From the NCBI RefSeq assembly GCF_055900595.2, contig NZ_CM148325.1: 64,000 bases of DNA; one strand, given 5' to 3'. Each line of letters starts with the position of its first letter. Position 1 is the stretch's first letter. Below are positions 1-14,343 of the stretch, piece by piece. Below the pieces are notes generated by a model. That model saw nothing but the letters and a program-made list of their open reading frames with translations, was not told the origin of the DNA and ran no database searches. The position numbers were made by a program, and so were the translations under genes.

Positions 1-1076
<1,076 letters not shown>

Positions 1077-1269
1077 TCACAACCCGAAGATGTTTCTTTC
1101 GATTCATCATCGTGTTGCGAAAATTTGAGAGACTCACGAACAACTCTCGTTGTTCAGTGTTTCAATTTTCAGCTTGATCCAGATTTTTAAAGAGCAAATA
1201 TCTCAAACGTCACCCGAAGATGAGTTTTGAGATATTAAGGCAGGTGACTTTCACTCACAAACCAGCAAG

Positions 1270-1345
1270 TGGCGTCCCCTAGGGGATTCGAACCCCTGTT
1301 ACCGCCGTGAAAGGGCGGTGTCCTGGGCCTCTAGACGAAGGGGAC
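1270..1345 (-). tRNA. gltT: tRNA-Glu (UUC) in the 16S-23S spacer
   Basis: Reverse complement reads GTCCCCTTCGTCTAGAGGCCCAGGACACCGCCCTTTCACGGCGGTAACAGGGGTTCGAATCCCCTAGGGGACGCCA, a 76-nt E. coli tRNA-Glu including the encoded CCA. Confidence 0.95.
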
Positions 1346-1430
1346 GTATCAGTCTGCTTCGCAAGACGCCTTGCTTTTCACTTTCTATCAGACAATCTGT
1401 GTGAGCACTGCAAAGAACAGTTCTTTAAGG

Positions 1431-2972
<1,542 letters not shown>

Positions 2973-3102
2973 AAAAGTTTGATGCTCAAAGAATTAAACT
3001 TCGTAATGAATTACGTGTTCACTCTTGAGACTTGGTATTCATTTTTCGTCTTGCGACGTTAAGAATCCGTATCTTCGAGTGCCCACACAGATTGTCTGAT
3101 AA

Positions 3103-3116
3103 ATTGTTAAAGAGCA
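3103..3116 (-). promoter_or_regulatory. rrn leader boxA antitermination element
   Basis: Reverse complement contains TGCTCTTTAACAA, the boxA consensus of rrn leaders. Confidence 0.8.
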
Positions 3117-3153
3117 GTGCCGCTTCGCTTTTTCTCAGCGGCGCGGGGTGTGC

Positions 3154-3181
3154 ATAATACGCTTTCCCGCTTCAGAGTCAA
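3154..3181 (-). promoter_or_regulatory. rrnB P2 promoter (-35 TTGACT, -10 TATTAT)
   Basis: Reverse complement reads GCTTGACTCTGAAGCGGGAAAGCGTATTATGCACACC, which matches the rrnB P2 core as I recall it. Confidence 0.8.
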
Positions 3182-3271
3182 GCATTTTTTTGCTTTTCTC
3201 TGTCGAGATTCTCAGGAGAATCTCGCTGACCCGGCGGCGTGTTTGCCGTTGTTCCGTGTCAGTGGTGGCGC

Positions 3272-3325
3272 ATTATAGGGAGTTATTCCGGCCTGACAAG
3301 AGGAAATTTAAAATAATTTTCCGAC
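3272..3325 (-). promoter_or_regulatory. rrnB P1 promoter core (-35 TTGTCA, -10 TATAAT) with A/T-rich UP element
   Basis: Reverse complement reads AGAAAATTATTTTAAATTTCCTCTTGTCAGGCCGGAATAACTCCCTATAATGCGCCACCACTG, the textbook rrnB P1 with its UP element. Fis sites would lie further upstream, overlapping the murI 3' end. Confidence 0.9.
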
Positions 3326-3344
3326 CGCGCAACATTCAACCAAA

Positions 3345-4202
3345 TCAGTCTAAAACTGCCAGTTTTTCGAGCGTTTCGAAGCCGTAGCGCTGTAAAACGG
3401 GCAATAATTGTTCAGCTTCTGGCGTCATTGCCATACAAAAGGCAATATTCGCATCGGCGGATTTTGCATCCGGGGCTTCATGTTCTAACAACCAGGCCGT
3501 TCGGCGAGCAATCGCTGCGCCAGAATCCACCAGCCGTGTTCCCTCTGGCAGCACTTGTAACAGTTCTTCTTGTAGTAGAGGGAAGTGGGTACACCCCAGA
3601 ACAACGGTATCTGGTGGCTCTTTCATTCTTAACCACGGGCGCAAGATACGCTTTAGTGCATCCAGAGAAACATCTTCGCCATGCAGCTTCGCTTCAGCCA
3701 ACTCAACCATCTCTGCCGAGCCCAGCATTTCTATCTGGCATTCATTAGCGAAACGCGCGATCAGCTCATGAGTATAAGAACGTTTAACTGTTCCGCGGGT
3801 TGCCAGTAATCCGACAATGCCATTTGCCGTCAGACGTGCAGCAGGTTTAATCGCCGGCACGACACCAACAACCGGGAAGTCGAACTTTTCGCGTAATGCA
3901 GGAAGTGAAACGGTACTGGCGGTGTTGCAAGCGACCACTGCCAGCGCAAGGGGATAGCGTTCTTGCACTGCGGTGACAATTGCCACCACTCGCTCAACAA
4001 TAAACTCTTCGCTTTTTTCGCCATAAGGGAAAGCGACGTTATCGAAAGCATAAATGTAATGGAGATCCGGCAAGAGATGCCGGATCTCGTCATAGACCGA
4101 CAACCCACCGACGCCGGAGTCAAACACCAGCACGGTGGGACGTGGTTCAGAAGGTGTAGCTGCCAGACAAGGTGTATTCCCGTCCTGCAGTTTGGTAGCC
4201 AT
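3345..4202 (-). CDS. murI: glutamate racemase
   Basis: ORF 3345..4214; translation from the internal Met ([33 protein letters not shown]...) matches MurI. The start at 4202 gives the known 56-nt overlap with the btuB 3' end. Confidence 0.9.
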   Translation of the reverse strand: MATKLQDGNTPCLAATPSEPRPTVLVFDSGVGGLSVYDEIRHLLPDLHYIYAFDNVAFPYGEKSEEFIVERVVAIVTAVQERYPLALAVVACNTASTVSLPALREKFDFPVVGVVPAIKPAARLTANGIVGLLATRGTVKRSYTHELIARFANECQIEMLGSAEMVELAEAKLHGEDVSLDALKRILRPWLRMKEPPDTVVLGCTHFPLLQEELLQVLPEGTRLVDSGAAIARRTAWLLEHEAPDAKSADANIAFCMAMTPEAEQLLPVLQRYGFETLEKLAVLD

Positions 4203-5991
4203 AGACTGTCTCATAATCTTTGTCGAACAGGTTGGCTATTTTACCACGAACTGTCAGGTGAGAGGTGACCGGATACGCAACCGCAAGATCCCACAAGCTC
4301 ACACCGCCCATTTTCACGGTTTGATACGGCCAGGAGGAGTAATCCTTATCATAGCGAGTGCCTAAATACTGATAAGTAATACCCCAGTCGAAGTCATACA
4401 ACTGCCAGTCGAGCTGGTATTTCACCTGCTGTTTAGCACGGCGTAACAACGGCGTGTCGGTAATTGCATTGCGCGCATCGACATAATCATAACTCACAGT
4501 ATGCGTCAGTGGTCCGGTATCAAAATTGGCGGTCGCCTCGACGCCCTTAATTCGCGCTTTCCCTTCGTTATAGTATTTCAGGGTGTGATCATCGTAATCG
4601 ATCAAGTCACTGACATCGTTACGATATCCAGAAATACGCCAGTTCACCCCAGCGGTTAAGCCTTCAAACGCGCCTTCCCACTGTTTGCTTTTCTCAGGTT
4701 CCAGATTTGGATTTCCGTAGAAGCCATACAGTTGTCCAAGATTTGGTGCCTTATAAGATGTCCCGTAGGAAGCAATGAAGCGATAGCCTTCGATGAATTC
4801 CCAACCAGCGCTGGTTTGCCAGGTTCCATGACGACCAAACTGTGAGTTATCGTCGCTGCGTGCTGCGCCTTCAAAGGTAAAATCGCCGACTTGTTGCAGC
4901 CCGGTCAGATAGATGCCGGTATTACGTTGATCATATCCATCCTCAACGTAACCTGTACCCGGCGTCGTAGTCTGTTTCTGCCAGTCGACACCCGCACCAA
5001 TACTACCGTGACCAACGATGACATTGTTTGCCCACTGGACGGTGTATTGCTTCATCTCATCAAGCGTCGCCGACGAATCATAACGACCATAATGCGGATC
5101 GTAGTTGTAATCTTTGCTATGGCTATAGCTGGTAATGAGTTGTGATTTAATCAGTTCGCCGTTATAGCGCAGCCCGGCGTCCCAACTTTGGCTATAGAGT
5201 TTACGGGTATCGAGCAACGGTGAGCCGGGAGAATAATATGCGTCATAATTGGTATGGTTATCATAGCCATAGCCGCGCACAAAACCGCTCCAGACATCAG
5301 TAAAGTTATGCTCCAGCGCGCCATAAAGCGTTTTACTTAAAAAACCATCGTTATCTGGCTGAGCTTGCGTTCCGGTATTACCATAGGCGACAACATCATA
5401 ACCATGAGTATGGGCATAATCGCCCAACAGCGTTACCCGTGTCTTATCTCCCAGTAGTTGCTGTGTAGAAACATCATAGTTCTGATAGCTATTGCTTCCC
5501 CACCCTGCTGAAATTTCCGTTCCGGGTTGATCGCGCGTCGTGATGATATTCACGACCCCACCTATTGCATCGGAACCATAAACAGCGGAGCGCGGCCCAC
5601 GGATATATTCAACACGCTGGACAAGCGCAATAGGGAACTGGCTAAGGTCGGCAGAACCACTCACCCCCGCCAGATTCAGGCGTACGCCATCAATTAACAC
5701 CAACACATGACTGGCATTTGTACCGCGAATAAAAATAGAAGAGAGTTGACCTGAACCGCCGTTTTGGGTGATATCGACACCCGGAAGACGGCGCAGCACA
5801 TCATTGACCGAGGTCGACTGCCAGCGGTCGATATCCTGACGCGTCACAACGGTGGTTGGTGCAAGCACAGTGCTGCGCGGCTGTTCAAAACGGTTAGCCG
5901 TAACGACGAGAGTATCCGGGCTGGTATCCTGTGCCCAAGCAGAAAATGCCGTGACGGAACACGCCGTCAGCAGCGAAGCTTTTTTAATCAT
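4147..5991 (-). CDS. btuB: TonB-dependent outer-membrane vitamin B12 transporter
   Basis: ORF 4147..6036; the mature start [20 protein letters not shown] gives 614 aa, the length I recall for BtuB. The TonB box (DTLVVTA) and C-terminal beta-barrel are present. The first 15 codons of the ORF belong to the leader. Confidence 0.93.
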   Translation of the reverse strand: MIKKASLLTACSVTAFSAWAQDTSPDTLVVTANRFEQPRSTVLAPTTVVTRQDIDRWQSTSVNDVLRRLPGVDITQNGGSGQLSSIFIRGTNASHVLVLIDGVRLNLAGVSGSADLSQFPIALVQRVEYIRGPRSAVYGSDAIGGVVNIITTRDQPGTEISAGWGSNSYQNYDVSTQQLLGDKTRVTLLGDYAHTHGYDVVAYGNTGTQAQPDNDGFLSKTLYGALEHNFTDVWSGFVRGYGYDNHTNYDAYYSPGSPLLDTRKLYSQSWDAGLRYNGELIKSQLITSYSHSKDYNYDPHYGRYDSSATLDEMKQYTVQWANNVIVGHGSIGAGVDWQKQTTTPGTGYVEDGYDQRNTGIYLTGLQQVGDFTFEGAARSDDNSQFGRHGTWQTSAGWEFIEGYRFIASYGTSYKAPNLGQLYGFYGNPNLEPEKSKQWEGAFEGLTAGVNWRISGYRNDVSDLIDYDDHTLKYYNEGKARIKGVEATANFDTGPLTHTVSYDYVDARNAITDTPLLRRAKQQVKYQLDWQLYDFDWGITYQYLGTRYDKDYSSWPYQTVKMGGVSLWDLAVAYPVTSHLTVRGKIANLFDKDYETVYGYQTAGREYTLSGSYTF

Positions 5992-6232
5992 TGTAAAGCA
6001 TCCACAATAGAAGAAGGATGCCGCAGGCTTCATCAATATTACGCGATGATGAGAACCAGATGCGACGTTAGCCGGCAGGTCTTCGGGCTTGGAGGGGTAT
6101 ATAAAATACTAAGAGATGATGACTTCCCACCGGATGGCAGTGTCCGCATAACGCAATCATCGCACCTTTCCTTACCGCTGCGCGTCAGCTCCAGATTTGC
6201 ACTGGATTCCCTATTAACTCACAGGACCGGCG
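5992..6232 (-). promoter_or_regulatory. cobalamin (B12) riboswitch in the btuB 5' leader
   Basis: Reverse complement matches the btuB leader as I recall it (GCCGGTCCTGTGAGTTAATAGGGAATCCAGTGCGAATCTGGAGCTGACGCGCAGCGGTAAGGAAAGGTGCGATGATTGCG...). Boundaries are approximate. Confidence 0.8.
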
Positions 6233-6359
6233 AGTGGATGCTACAGGTTGTAACAAGTTGCTGTCCAGACGTAGCTCACAAATAGAAATACATCAAGATC
6301 TGGACATCTGATGAGCAATCCCTACAATCGCCGCGTACATTTCATTTTCAGGATACATC

Positions 6360-7460
6360 ATGACCCCCGAACACCTTCCAACAGAACAGTATGAAGCGCA
6401 GTTAGCCGAAAAAGTGGTACGTTTGCAAAGTATGATGGCGCCGTTTTCTGACCTGGTTCCGGAAGTGTTTCGCTCGCCGGTCAGTCATTACCGGATGCGT
6501 GCGGAGTTCCGCATCTGGCACGATGGCGATGACCTGTACCACATCATTTTCGATCAACAAACCAAAAGCCGTATCCGCGTGGATAGCTTCCCCGCCGCCA
6601 GTGAACTTATCAACCAGTTGATGACGGCGATGATTGCGGGTGTGCGTAATAATCCCGTTCTGCGCCACAAGCTATTCCAGATTGATTACCTCACTACGCT
6701 GAGTAATCAGGCGGTGGTTTCCCTGCTGTACCATAAAAAGCTGGATGACGAATGGCGTCAACAGGCGGAAGCTCTGCGCGATGCGTTGCGCGCACAAAAT
6801 TTAAATGTGCATCTGATTGGTCGGGCAACGAAAACCAAAATCGCGCTGGATCAAGATTACATCGACGAACGTCTGCCGGTCGCAGGGAAAGAGATGATCT
6901 ACCGTCAGGTAGAAAACAGCTTTACCCAGCCGAACGCGGCGATGAATATTCAGATGCTGGAATGGGCGCTGGACGTCACCAAAGGCTCAAAAGGCGATTT
7001 ACTGGAGCTGTACTGCGGCAACGGTAACTTCTCATTAGCCCTGGCGCGCAATTTTGATCGGGTATTAGCCACCGAAATCGCCAAGCCGTCGGTCGCTGCC
7101 GCGCAATACAACATTGCCGCTAACCATATTGATAACGTCCAAATTATTCGTATGGCGGCAGAAGAATTTACTCAGGCGATGAATGGTGTGCGCGAGTTTA
7201 ATCGCCTGCAAGGGATCGACTTGAAGAGTTATCAGTGCGAAACCATTTTTGTCGACCCACCGCGCAGCGGTCTGGACAGTGAAACCGAGAAAATGGTGCA
7301 GGCGTATCCACGTATTCTGTATATCTCCTGCAACCCGGAAACATTATGTAAGAATCTGGAAACATTAAGCCAGACGCACAAGGTTGAACGTCTGGCTCTG
7401 TTTGATCAGTTCCCCTATACGCACCATATGGAGTGCGGCGTATTACTGACCGCTAAGTAA
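6360..7460 (+). CDS. trmA: tRNA (uracil54-C5)-methyltransferase
   Basis: 366-aa ORF with a SAM-methyltransferase fold ([15 protein letters not shown]) and the catalytic Cys region (ISCNPETL); divergent from btuB as in E. coli. Confidence 0.92.
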   Translation: MTPEHLPTEQYEAQLAEKVVRLQSMMAPFSDLVPEVFRSPVSHYRMRAEFRIWHDGDDLYHIIFDQQTKSRIRVDSFPAASELINQLMTAMIAGVRNNPVLRHKLFQIDYLTTLSNQAVVSLLYHKKLDDEWRQQAEALRDALRAQNLNVHLIGRATKTKIALDQDYIDERLPVAGKEMIYRQVENSFTQPNAAMNIQMLEWALDVTKGSKGDLLELYCGNGNFSLALARNFDRVLATEIAKPSVAAAQYNIAANHIDNVQIIRMAAEEFTQAMNGVREFNRLQGIDLKSYQCETIFVDPPRSGLDSETEKMVQAYPRILYISCNPETLCKNLETLSQTHKVERLALFDQFPYTHHMECGVLLTAK

Positions 7461-7464
7461 AGCC

Positions 7465-7492
7465 CATGCCGGATGCGCTAGCATCCGGCATG
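7465..7492. terminator. GC-rich hairpin between convergent trmA and yijD (bidirectional terminator / REP-like)
   Basis: Inverted repeat CATGCCGGATGC-GCTA-GCATCCGGCATG immediately after the trmA stop codon. Confidence 0.6.
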
Positions 7493-7498
7493 AACCGA

Positions 7499-7858
7499 TT
7501 ACTCAGCAACTTCCTGCTTACGGTTACGCATCTTCGCGCCAATCCAGAACACCATAATGACGGACAGTACGGCCGGGAAGAAGTTAGAACCTATATCCGG
7601 ATATTCCGCACGAACCACAGTGCTATACAGCAGAACGCCGAGAATAAAACAGGCAGCTGCCAGACCCGGCAAGCCTACCGGCATAGTGCGATTAAGATAA
7701 CGTTGATGCAGGCAGTAAACCGTCAGCACCAGGGAAATAATCGGGAATACAGAAAATGGCACAATGGAGCTAAACAGCGCTGCGAAAGTACCATTAATCG
7801 ATAAGCCAGCCACCAGCGCCAGCAGCAGCGTACCTCTATCTTGATTTGCTTGTTTCAT
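7499..7858 (-). CDS. yijD: inner membrane protein YijD (DUF1422)
   Basis: 119-aa hydrophobic ORF; its start codon overlaps the fabR stop by 1 nt (TAATG). Syntenic position next to fabR. Confidence 0.85.
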
Positions 7859-8505
7859 TACTCGTCCTTCACATTTCCCGGAATAATTGCGGTTTTCTCT
7901 TGTTCACGGCGATACCAGTAATAAGCCCCTTTCGAAATCATTCGCAGTTGCAGTACCAGTCGCTCTTCTAATTGCCGACGTTGTTCGACGCCGACGTCCA
8001 ACGCCTCGGCACCCGCACTGAAGACAATCGTCACCATGGCTTCGGCTTGCGCTTCAGTAAACGCACGCGGCATATGGTTTTCGAGTTCCAGATAGTCCGC
8101 AAGTTCCGCAATGAAGTGCTGAATTTCACGCGCAACGGCGGCACGAAACGCAGCGGAGGTGCCGGAGCGTTCCCGCAATAATAACCGGAAGGCGTTAGGA
8201 TTATTACCGATGAACTCCATAAATGTGGAGACCGAGGTGCGGATCACACTCCCGCCTTTGGCGATACGCTGACGCGCCTGGCGCATGAGTTGGCGCAGCA
8301 TTAAACCGCTCTCATCAACCATGGTCAGACCGAGTTCGTCTACGTCGCGAAAATGCCGGTAAAAAGAGGTGGGAGCAATGCCCGCTTCACGCGCCACTTC
8401 ACGCAAACTCAGGCTGGCGAAGCTGCGTTCAGCACTTAATTGGCTAAATGCGGCTTCCACCAACGAACGGCGGGTTTTTTCTTTTTGTTGCGCTCTTACG
8501 CCCAT
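7858..8505 (-). CDS. fabR: TetR-family repressor of unsaturated fatty acid biosynthesis
   Basis: ORF 7858..8601; TetR-type HTH ([20 protein letters not shown]). The start is uncertain: 8505 (MGVRAQQ...) is taken here, but in-frame ATGs at 8562 and 8601 are also possible. Confidence 0.85.
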
Positions 8506-8839
8506 CACGATGTCTGAATCCTTGCCAAAAGTACTGCTGGCACTATACCAGAGAATGAACATACTGGATTGCTCCAGTGTTGTGAATGAACCGTAACGCA
8601 ATAAAACATATTTACTGCAATTCTTTGGCTGGTTCTTTTACGAACAACGGAAACCTGCCACTTAAACGGTGAGTACTGGCGATAAAAATCCAATAAAACG
8701 TTCAAGGCAAAAGTAAGAAACAGACAAAGCAAAGGCCGCTCACGATATAGCCAGATAAATGACGGGGATCAATTGGCTTACCCGCGATAAAATGTTACCA
8801 TTCTGTTGCTTTTATGTATAAGAACAGGTAAGCCCTACC

Positions 8840-10240
8840 ATGCCACATTCCTACGATTACGATGCCATAGTAATAGGTTCCGGCCCCGGCGGCGAAGGCG
8901 CTGCAATGGGCCTGGTTAAGCAAGGTGCGCGCGTCGCAGTTATCGAGCGTTATCAAAATGTTGGCGGCGGTTGCACCCACTGGGGCACCATCCCGTCGAA
9001 AGCTCTCCGTCACGCCGTCAGCCGCATTATAGAATTCAATCAAAACCCACTTTACAGCGACCATTCCCGACTGCTCCGCTCTTCTTTTGCCGATATCCTT
9101 AACCATGCCGATAACGTGATTAATCAACAAACGCGCATGCGTCAGGGATTTTACGAACGTAATCACTGTGAAATATTGCAGGGGAACGCTCGCTTTGTTG
9201 ACGAGCATACGTTGGCGCTGGATTGCCCGGACGGCAGCGTCGAAACACTAACTGCTGAAAAATTTGTTATTGCCTGCGGTTCTCGTCCATATCATCCAAC
9301 AGATGTTGATTTCACCCATCCACGCATTTATGACAGCGACTCAATTCTTAGCATGCACCACGAACCGCGCCATGTACTTATTTACGGTGCTGGAGTGATC
9401 GGCTGTGAATATGCGTCGATCTTCCGCGGTATGGATGTAAAAGTGGATCTGATCAACACCCGCGATCGTCTGCTGGCGTTTCTCGATCAAGAGATGTCAG
9501 ATTCTCTCTCCTATCACTTCTGGAACAGTGGCGTAGTGATTCGTCACAACGAAGAGTACGAGAAGATCGAAGGCTGTGACGACGGTGTGATCATGCATCT
9601 GAAGTCGGGTAAAAAACTGAAAGCTGACTGTCTGCTCTATGCCAACGGTCGCACCGGTAATACCGATTCGCTGGCGTTACAGAACATTGGGCTGGAAACT
9701 GACAGTCGCGGACAGCTGAAGGTCAACAGCATGTATCAGACCGCGCAGCCGCACGTTTACGCGGTGGGCGACGTGATTGGTTATCCGAGCCTGGCGTCGG
9801 CAGCCTATGACCAGGGGCGTATTGCCGCACAGGCGCTGGTGAAAGGTGAAGCCACCGCACATCTGATTGAAGATATCCCTACCGGTATTTACACCATCCC
9901 GGAAATCAGCTCTGTGGGCAAAACCGAACAGCAGCTGACCGCGATGAAAGTGCCATATGAAGTGGGCCGCGCCCAGTTCAAACATCTGGCACGCGCACAA
10001 ATCGTCGGCATGAACGTGGGCACGCTGAAAATTTTGTTCCATCGGGAAACAAAAGAGATTCTGGGCATTCACTGCTTTGGCGAGCGCGCTGCCGAAATTA
10101 TTCATATCGGTCAGGCGATTATGGAACAGAAAGGTGGCGGCAACACTATTGAGTACTTCGTCAACACCACCTTTAACTACCCGACGATGGCGGAAGCCTA
10201 TCGGGTAGCCGCGTTAAACGGTTTAAACCGCCTGTTTTAA
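8840..10240 (+). CDS. sthA: soluble pyridine nucleotide transhydrogenase
   Basis: 466-aa ORF with an FAD-binding GSGPGG motif and a pyridine nucleotide-disulfide oxidoreductase fold; matches SthA/UdhA over its full length as I recall it. Its 3' end overlaps oxyR by 18 nt. Confidence 0.95.
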
Positions 10241-11140
10241 CACTTTATCGAAATGGCCATCCATTCTTGCGCGGATGGCCTCTGCCAGCTGCTCATAGCG
10301 GCTGCGCAGCGGTGAGCCCGGACGATAAACCAGGCCAATAGTGCGGCGTGGTTCCGGCTTAATACACGGCAAATAAACAACCCCATCGCGTTTACGCTCC
10401 GGCGGCACAGCCAGCGCAGGCAGTAAAGTGATCCCGCTACCTGCCGCCACCATGTTGCGCAGAGTTTCCAGGCTGGTCGCGCGGAAGTGTGTATCTTCAT
10501 CCGCCCCGGCTTCAAAGCAGAAACCCATTGCCTGATCGCGCAAACAGTGACCATCTTCCAGCATCAGCAGTTTTTCCCCTGCCAGATCGGCCATTGGTAC
10601 GCATTCGCGGTTCGCCCACGGGTGATCTTCATAGATAGCCAGCAACATTGGCTCATCAAACAACGGCACTTCAATGAATGCTTCGCTCTCTTTCACCAGC
10701 GCGAGGATCACGCAATCGAGTTTGCCGCTGTCCAGTTGCGCCAGTAACTGGTGGGTCTGTGCTTCATGCAGATACATTTCCAGCTTTGGAAAGGTCTGGT
10801 GCAGCATCGGGATAATATGCGGTAACAGGTAAGGCCCAACCGTGGGAATCAAACCAATATGCAGCGGCCCGGACATTGTCTCGCCCTGCTGGCTTGCCAT
10901 CTCTTTAAGGACTTTCACCTCACGCAGCACGGTACGCGCCTGATCCACCAGCAGCATTCCCGCCTGGGTGAATAACACTTTACGGCTGGTCCGCTCCAGC
11001 AACATCACGCCCAGCTCATCTTCCAGCTTACGAATTTGCCCGCTAAGCGTCGGCTGGCTAACGTGGCAGGAATCTGCCGCACGCCGAAAATGACGGTGTT
11101 CAGCCAATGCCACCAGGTACTCAAGATCACGAATATTCAT
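10223..11140 (-). CDS. oxyR: LysR-family hydrogen peroxide-inducible regulator
   Basis: ORF 10223..11170; the internal start [40 protein letters not shown] gives 305 aa, the length I recall for OxyR, and includes redox Cys199 and Cys208. Confidence 0.95.
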   Translation of the reverse strand: MNIRDLEYLVALAEHRHFRRAADSCHVSQPTLSGQIRKLEDELGVMLLERTSRKVLFTQAGMLLVDQARTVLREVKVLKEMASQQGETMSGPLHIGLIPTVGPYLLPHIIPMLHQTFPKLEMYLHEAQTHQLLAQLDSGKLDCVILALVKESEAFIEVPLFDEPMLLAIYEDHPWANRECVPMADLAGEKLLMLEDGHCLRDQAMGFCFEAGADEDTHFRATSLETLRNMVAAGSGITLLPALAVPPERKRDGVVYLPCIKPEPRRTIGLVYRPGSPLRSRYEQLAEAIRARMDGHFDKVLKQAV

Positions 11141-11235
11141 TATCCATCCTCCATCGCCACGATAGTTCATGGCGATAGGTAGAATAGCAATGAACGATTA
11201 TCCCTATCAAGCATTCTGACTGATAATTGCTCACA
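11141..11235. promoter_or_regulatory. oxyR-oxyS divergent promoter region with OxyR operator
   Basis: Intergenic segment with repeated ATAG/CTAT half-sites (GATAGTTCATGGCGATAGGTAGAATAGCAATGAACGATTATCCCTATC), typical of the OxyR binding site upstream of oxyS. Confidence 0.65.
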
Positions 11236-11352
11236 GAAACGGAGCGGCACCTCTTTTAACCCTTGAAGTCACTGCCCGTTTCGAGAGTTTCTCAACTCGA
11301 ATAACTAAAGCCAACGTGAACTTTTGCGGATCTCCAGGATCCGCTTTTTTTT
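11236..11352 (+). ncRNA. oxyS: OxyS small regulatory RNA with intrinsic terminator
   Basis: Sequence GAAACGGAGCGGCACCTCTTTTAACCCTTGAAGTCACTGCCCGTTTCGAGAGTTTCTCAACTCGAATAACTAAAGCCAACGTGAACTTTTGCGGATCTCCAGGATCCGCTTTTTTTT matches oxyS; the 3' hairpin GCGGATC...GATCCGC is followed by a U-run. Confidence 0.92.
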
Positions 11353-11391
11353 ATTCTACAGGCCCACAGCAAGAGAGCCTGATAGTAACAG

Positions 11392-12675
11392 TTACTCAAT
11401 CCGATCTTTGACAATAAAGAAGTAACACAGCGCCCCGGTGAACGTCACACAGGCCGCGATAACCAGCGCCAGATTAAACGAGTGCGTGGTATCCACTACC
11501 CAACCGGTTACGATCGGAGCAAAGGAAGCAAAAACAAAACTGCCAAAGTTTTGAATCCCGGCGATGGAAGCCACTTTTGTTTCTGACACCATCACCTGCA
11601 CCAGTCCCCATGCAGATGTTCCCGCGAAATGCACGCAGAACAGCGCCATTGAGATAAACGCTACAGCCTGGGCTGGCGAGGAGGATTGCACGACCAGCAA
11701 CGTGCCTAATGCCGACATCATCAAACCGCAGACAATAGCCGTTTTACGCGTCTTCGCCAGGTCGTAGCCTTTTTTCGCCAGCCGATCGACAACAATACCG
11801 TTAACCCACATCCCGACCGCCGCCGCGAGGAAAGGAATCGCCGCCACCCAACCGGTTTTCGCCAGACTGAAGCCTTGCTCGGCTTGTAAATAACCGGGTA
11901 ACCACGCGATGTAGAGCCAACCGGTATAATTGACGCCAGAGAAACCTAAAATCATCCCCCAGGTTGTCCGATGCTTAAACAGCGCCAGCCACTCGCTAAA
12001 TTGTAATTGTGGACGCGGTTTAACCGGCGCGGAGAGATAGGTCCGTTCTTCGTCGGTCAGGACAAACTGCGCCCGGTTGCGATACCACGCGTACCAACAG
12101 ATCCCAACCAGAATCCCCGCCACGCCGATGATGACGAACATTGCCCGCCAGCCCCATGCCAGCTGCATCAATACAAGAGCAGGAGGCGCAATAGCCTGAC
12201 CGATAACGGTAGATGAGTTAAAAATCCCCAGCGCCGTGCCGCGTTCTTTTTGCGCATACCAGTCGGTGATCGACTTTACTCCCGCAGGCATAAATGGCGC
12301 TTCGCCAATACCCAGACCGATACGCATTAAAATAAAGTGGCTAAAAGAATTAACCATTCCTGTTAATGCCTGCATTAATGACCAGAATATTAAGCCTGCA
12401 CCTAAAACTATTCGTGGGCCAAAGCGGTCTAGCAAAATACCGGAAGGGAGTTGTGAAAAACCATAAGACAGAGAAAATGCAGAAAGCAAAACGCCAAATT
12501 CTGTCGCCGATAATCCTAACTCGCCACGAATCGCTTCGCCTGCCACGCTCAATGACGAACGGTCGAGGAAATTAACGATCCCCGCCATAAATAATAAAAC
12601 CAGCGTTACTGTCTGAATACGACGAATCCGTTGCGGTTTATTACCCGCAACACTGGTTGACACATCAACGTCCAT
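11392..12675 (-). CDS. MFS transporter, anion:cation symporter family (sugar-acid permease, DgoT/GudP-like)
   Basis: 427-aa ORF with about 12 predicted TM segments and an N-terminal FLDRSSLSVAG motif, reminiscent of hexuronate/aldonate ACS-family permeases. Confidence 0.75.
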   Translation of the reverse strand: MDVDVSTSVAGNKPQRIRRIQTVTLVLLFMAGIVNFLDRSSLSVAGEAIRGELGLSATEFGVLLSAFSLSYGFSQLPSGILLDRFGPRIVLGAGLIFWSLMQALTGMVNSFSHFILMRIGLGIGEAPFMPAGVKSITDWYAQKERGTALGIFNSSTVIGQAIAPPALVLMQLAWGWRAMFVIIGVAGILVGICWYAWYRNRAQFVLTDEERTYLSAPVKPRPQLQFSEWLALFKHRTTWGMILGFSGVNYTGWLYIAWLPGYLQAEQGFSLAKTGWVAAIPFLAAAVGMWVNGIVVDRLAKKGYDLAKTRKTAIVCGLMMSALGTLLVVQSSSPAQAVAFISMALFCVHFAGTSAWGLVQVMVSETKVASIAGIQNFGSFVFASFAPIVTGWVVDTTHSFNLALVIAACVTFTGALCYFFIVKDRIE

Positions 12676-12741
12676 TTTTAGCTCCTTGAGCGGAATTAAT
12701 CGATTTGCTGACTATTCAGAAAATAATTAAGCGAACCGTTA

Positions 12742-13956
12742 TTACCAGTTCCACAATGTGCCATCTTCCAGTCGTGCGACGGGGAGATACGCCGGGTCAT
12801 ACGGATATTTCGCCGCCAGTTTCTCATCGAAAGAAATACCCAGCCCCGGTTCATCGCCTGGGTGCATATAACCTTCATCGAAGCGCCAGCTGTGCGGGAA
12901 GACTTCAAGCATTTGTTCGGAATAGCCCATGTACTCCTGAACACCAAAGTTTGGCACCCAGAGGTCAAAATGCAGCGCCGCCGCATGACAAACAGGCGAT
13001 AAATCTGAAGGGCCATGCGAACCGGTACGTACCTGATAAAGCGATGCAAAATCGGCAATCCGTCGCATCCCGGTAATGCCGCCTGCATGGGTAATCGTCG
13101 TGCGAATATAGTCAATCAGCTGCTCTTCGATTAACTGCTTGCAGTCCCAGATACTGTTAAACACTTCACCGACCGCAATCGGCGTCACAGTATGCTGGCG
13201 AATCAGACGAAAACATTCCTGGTTCTCGGCAGGCGTCGGATCTTCCATCCAGAACAGGCGGTAATCCTCTATGCTCTTCCCAAAGCGTGCCGCTTCGATA
13301 GGAGTCAGGCGATGGTGCATGTCATGCAACAGATGTTCGTTAAAACCGAACTTATTACGCACCGCTTCAAATAACTTCGGTGTAAAATCGAGATACTTTT
13401 CTGAAGACCACAACTGCTCTTCCGGCCACAGGCCTTTGGTTGCCGGTTCATACGCCAGTCCTTTGCCCTTCGCCAGGCCATAAGTGGTTTGCATACCCGG
13501 TACACCGCACTGCACACGAATCGCCTTAAAGCCCATCTGCTGGTGCTTTGCATAGTCTTCAAGGACTTCATCAATCGTGCGCCCGGTGGTGTGGCAATAA
13601 ACCATCACGCCTTCACGAGAAGCCCCACCAAGCAGTTGATACAATGGCATATTTGCCGCTTTGGCTTTGATATCCCACAACGCCATATCAATGGCAGAAA
13701 TGGCCGACATCGTGACGGGGCCACGTCGCCAGTAAGCACCTTTATAAAAGAATTGCCAGATATCTTCGATACGACTGGCATCGCGGCCAATTAATTGTGG
13801 ACAAAGATGATCTTTCAGATAAGAAGCGACCGACAATTCGCGACCATTTAATGTGGCATCTCCCAATCCACAAAGTCCGCTTGCAGTGGTTATTTTAAGC
13901 GTAACGAAATTACGTCCTGGGCAAGTAACAAAAACATCTGCAGCAATAATTTTCAT
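12742..13956 (-). CDS. enolase-superfamily dehydratase, RspA/ManD-like (putative D-mannonate/aldonate dehydratase)
   Basis: ORF 12742..14016; from the internal Met ([24 protein letters not shown]...) it is 404 aa and aligns along its whole length with the E. coli starvation-sensing protein RspA as I recall it. Confidence 0.8.
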   Translation of the reverse strand: MKIIAADVFVTCPGRNFVTLKITTASGLCGLGDATLNGRELSVASYLKDHLCPQLIGRDASRIEDIWQFFYKGAYWRRGPVTMSAISAIDMALWDIKAKAANMPLYQLLGGASREGVMVYCHTTGRTIDEVLEDYAKHQQMGFKAIRVQCGVPGMQTTYGLAKGKGLAYEPATKGLWPEEQLWSSEKYLDFTPKLFEAVRNKFGFNEHLLHDMHHRLTPIEAARFGKSIEDYRLFWMEDPTPAENQECFRLIRQHTVTPIAVGEVFNSIWDCKQLIEEQLIDYIRTTITHAGGITGMRRIADFASLYQVRTGSHGPSDLSPVCHAAALHFDLWVPNFGVQEYMGYSEQMLEVFPHSWRFDEGYMHPGDEPGLGISFDEKLAAKYPYDPAYLPVARLEDGTLWNW

Positions 13957-14343
13957 TATTGCAATCTCCTGTGTTGTAAATAGACGCTTCAAACTTAATT
14001 TTACGCCTACTACCATACAAGAGAGAAAGAGCGATTATTCAACCGTGATCACATTAAAAATAAAAATTTCCACCGAGGAACAAAAATATCCTCAAATCTC
14101 ACCTACACTATTAACTACCATCGTTAAAACAACGTGTTAAATAATCACATAACAAATTCCTTTAAGGAAGGGAGTTATAACAACAACAAAAGATAATCAT
14201 ATTTTACTTAATTCAATACGTATCGATAGGTTTATTTAAAAAGGATTTTTCGGAATGAGAGATGAAAAGAAGATACACAAGCAGGAAGAAATACGATTAA
14301 TATTAGTTGCGGTAAGGGTAGCCGTTCCTCCCTTCCGCAACCC

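Noticed and set aside
3148-3387. 79-aa plus-strand ORF across the rrnB promoter region
   Set aside because: It overlaps the rrnB P1/P2 promoters, UP element and murI 3' end on the opposite strand, and has no ribosome-binding site or recognisable fold.
5764-6285. 173-aa plus-strand ORF overlapping the btuB 5' end and leader
   Set aside because: It is antisense to the btuB start and B12 riboswitch and most likely an artefact of the open frame. The 15-codon N-terminal extension of the btuB ORF ([15 protein letters not shown]) is likewise leader RNA, not protein.
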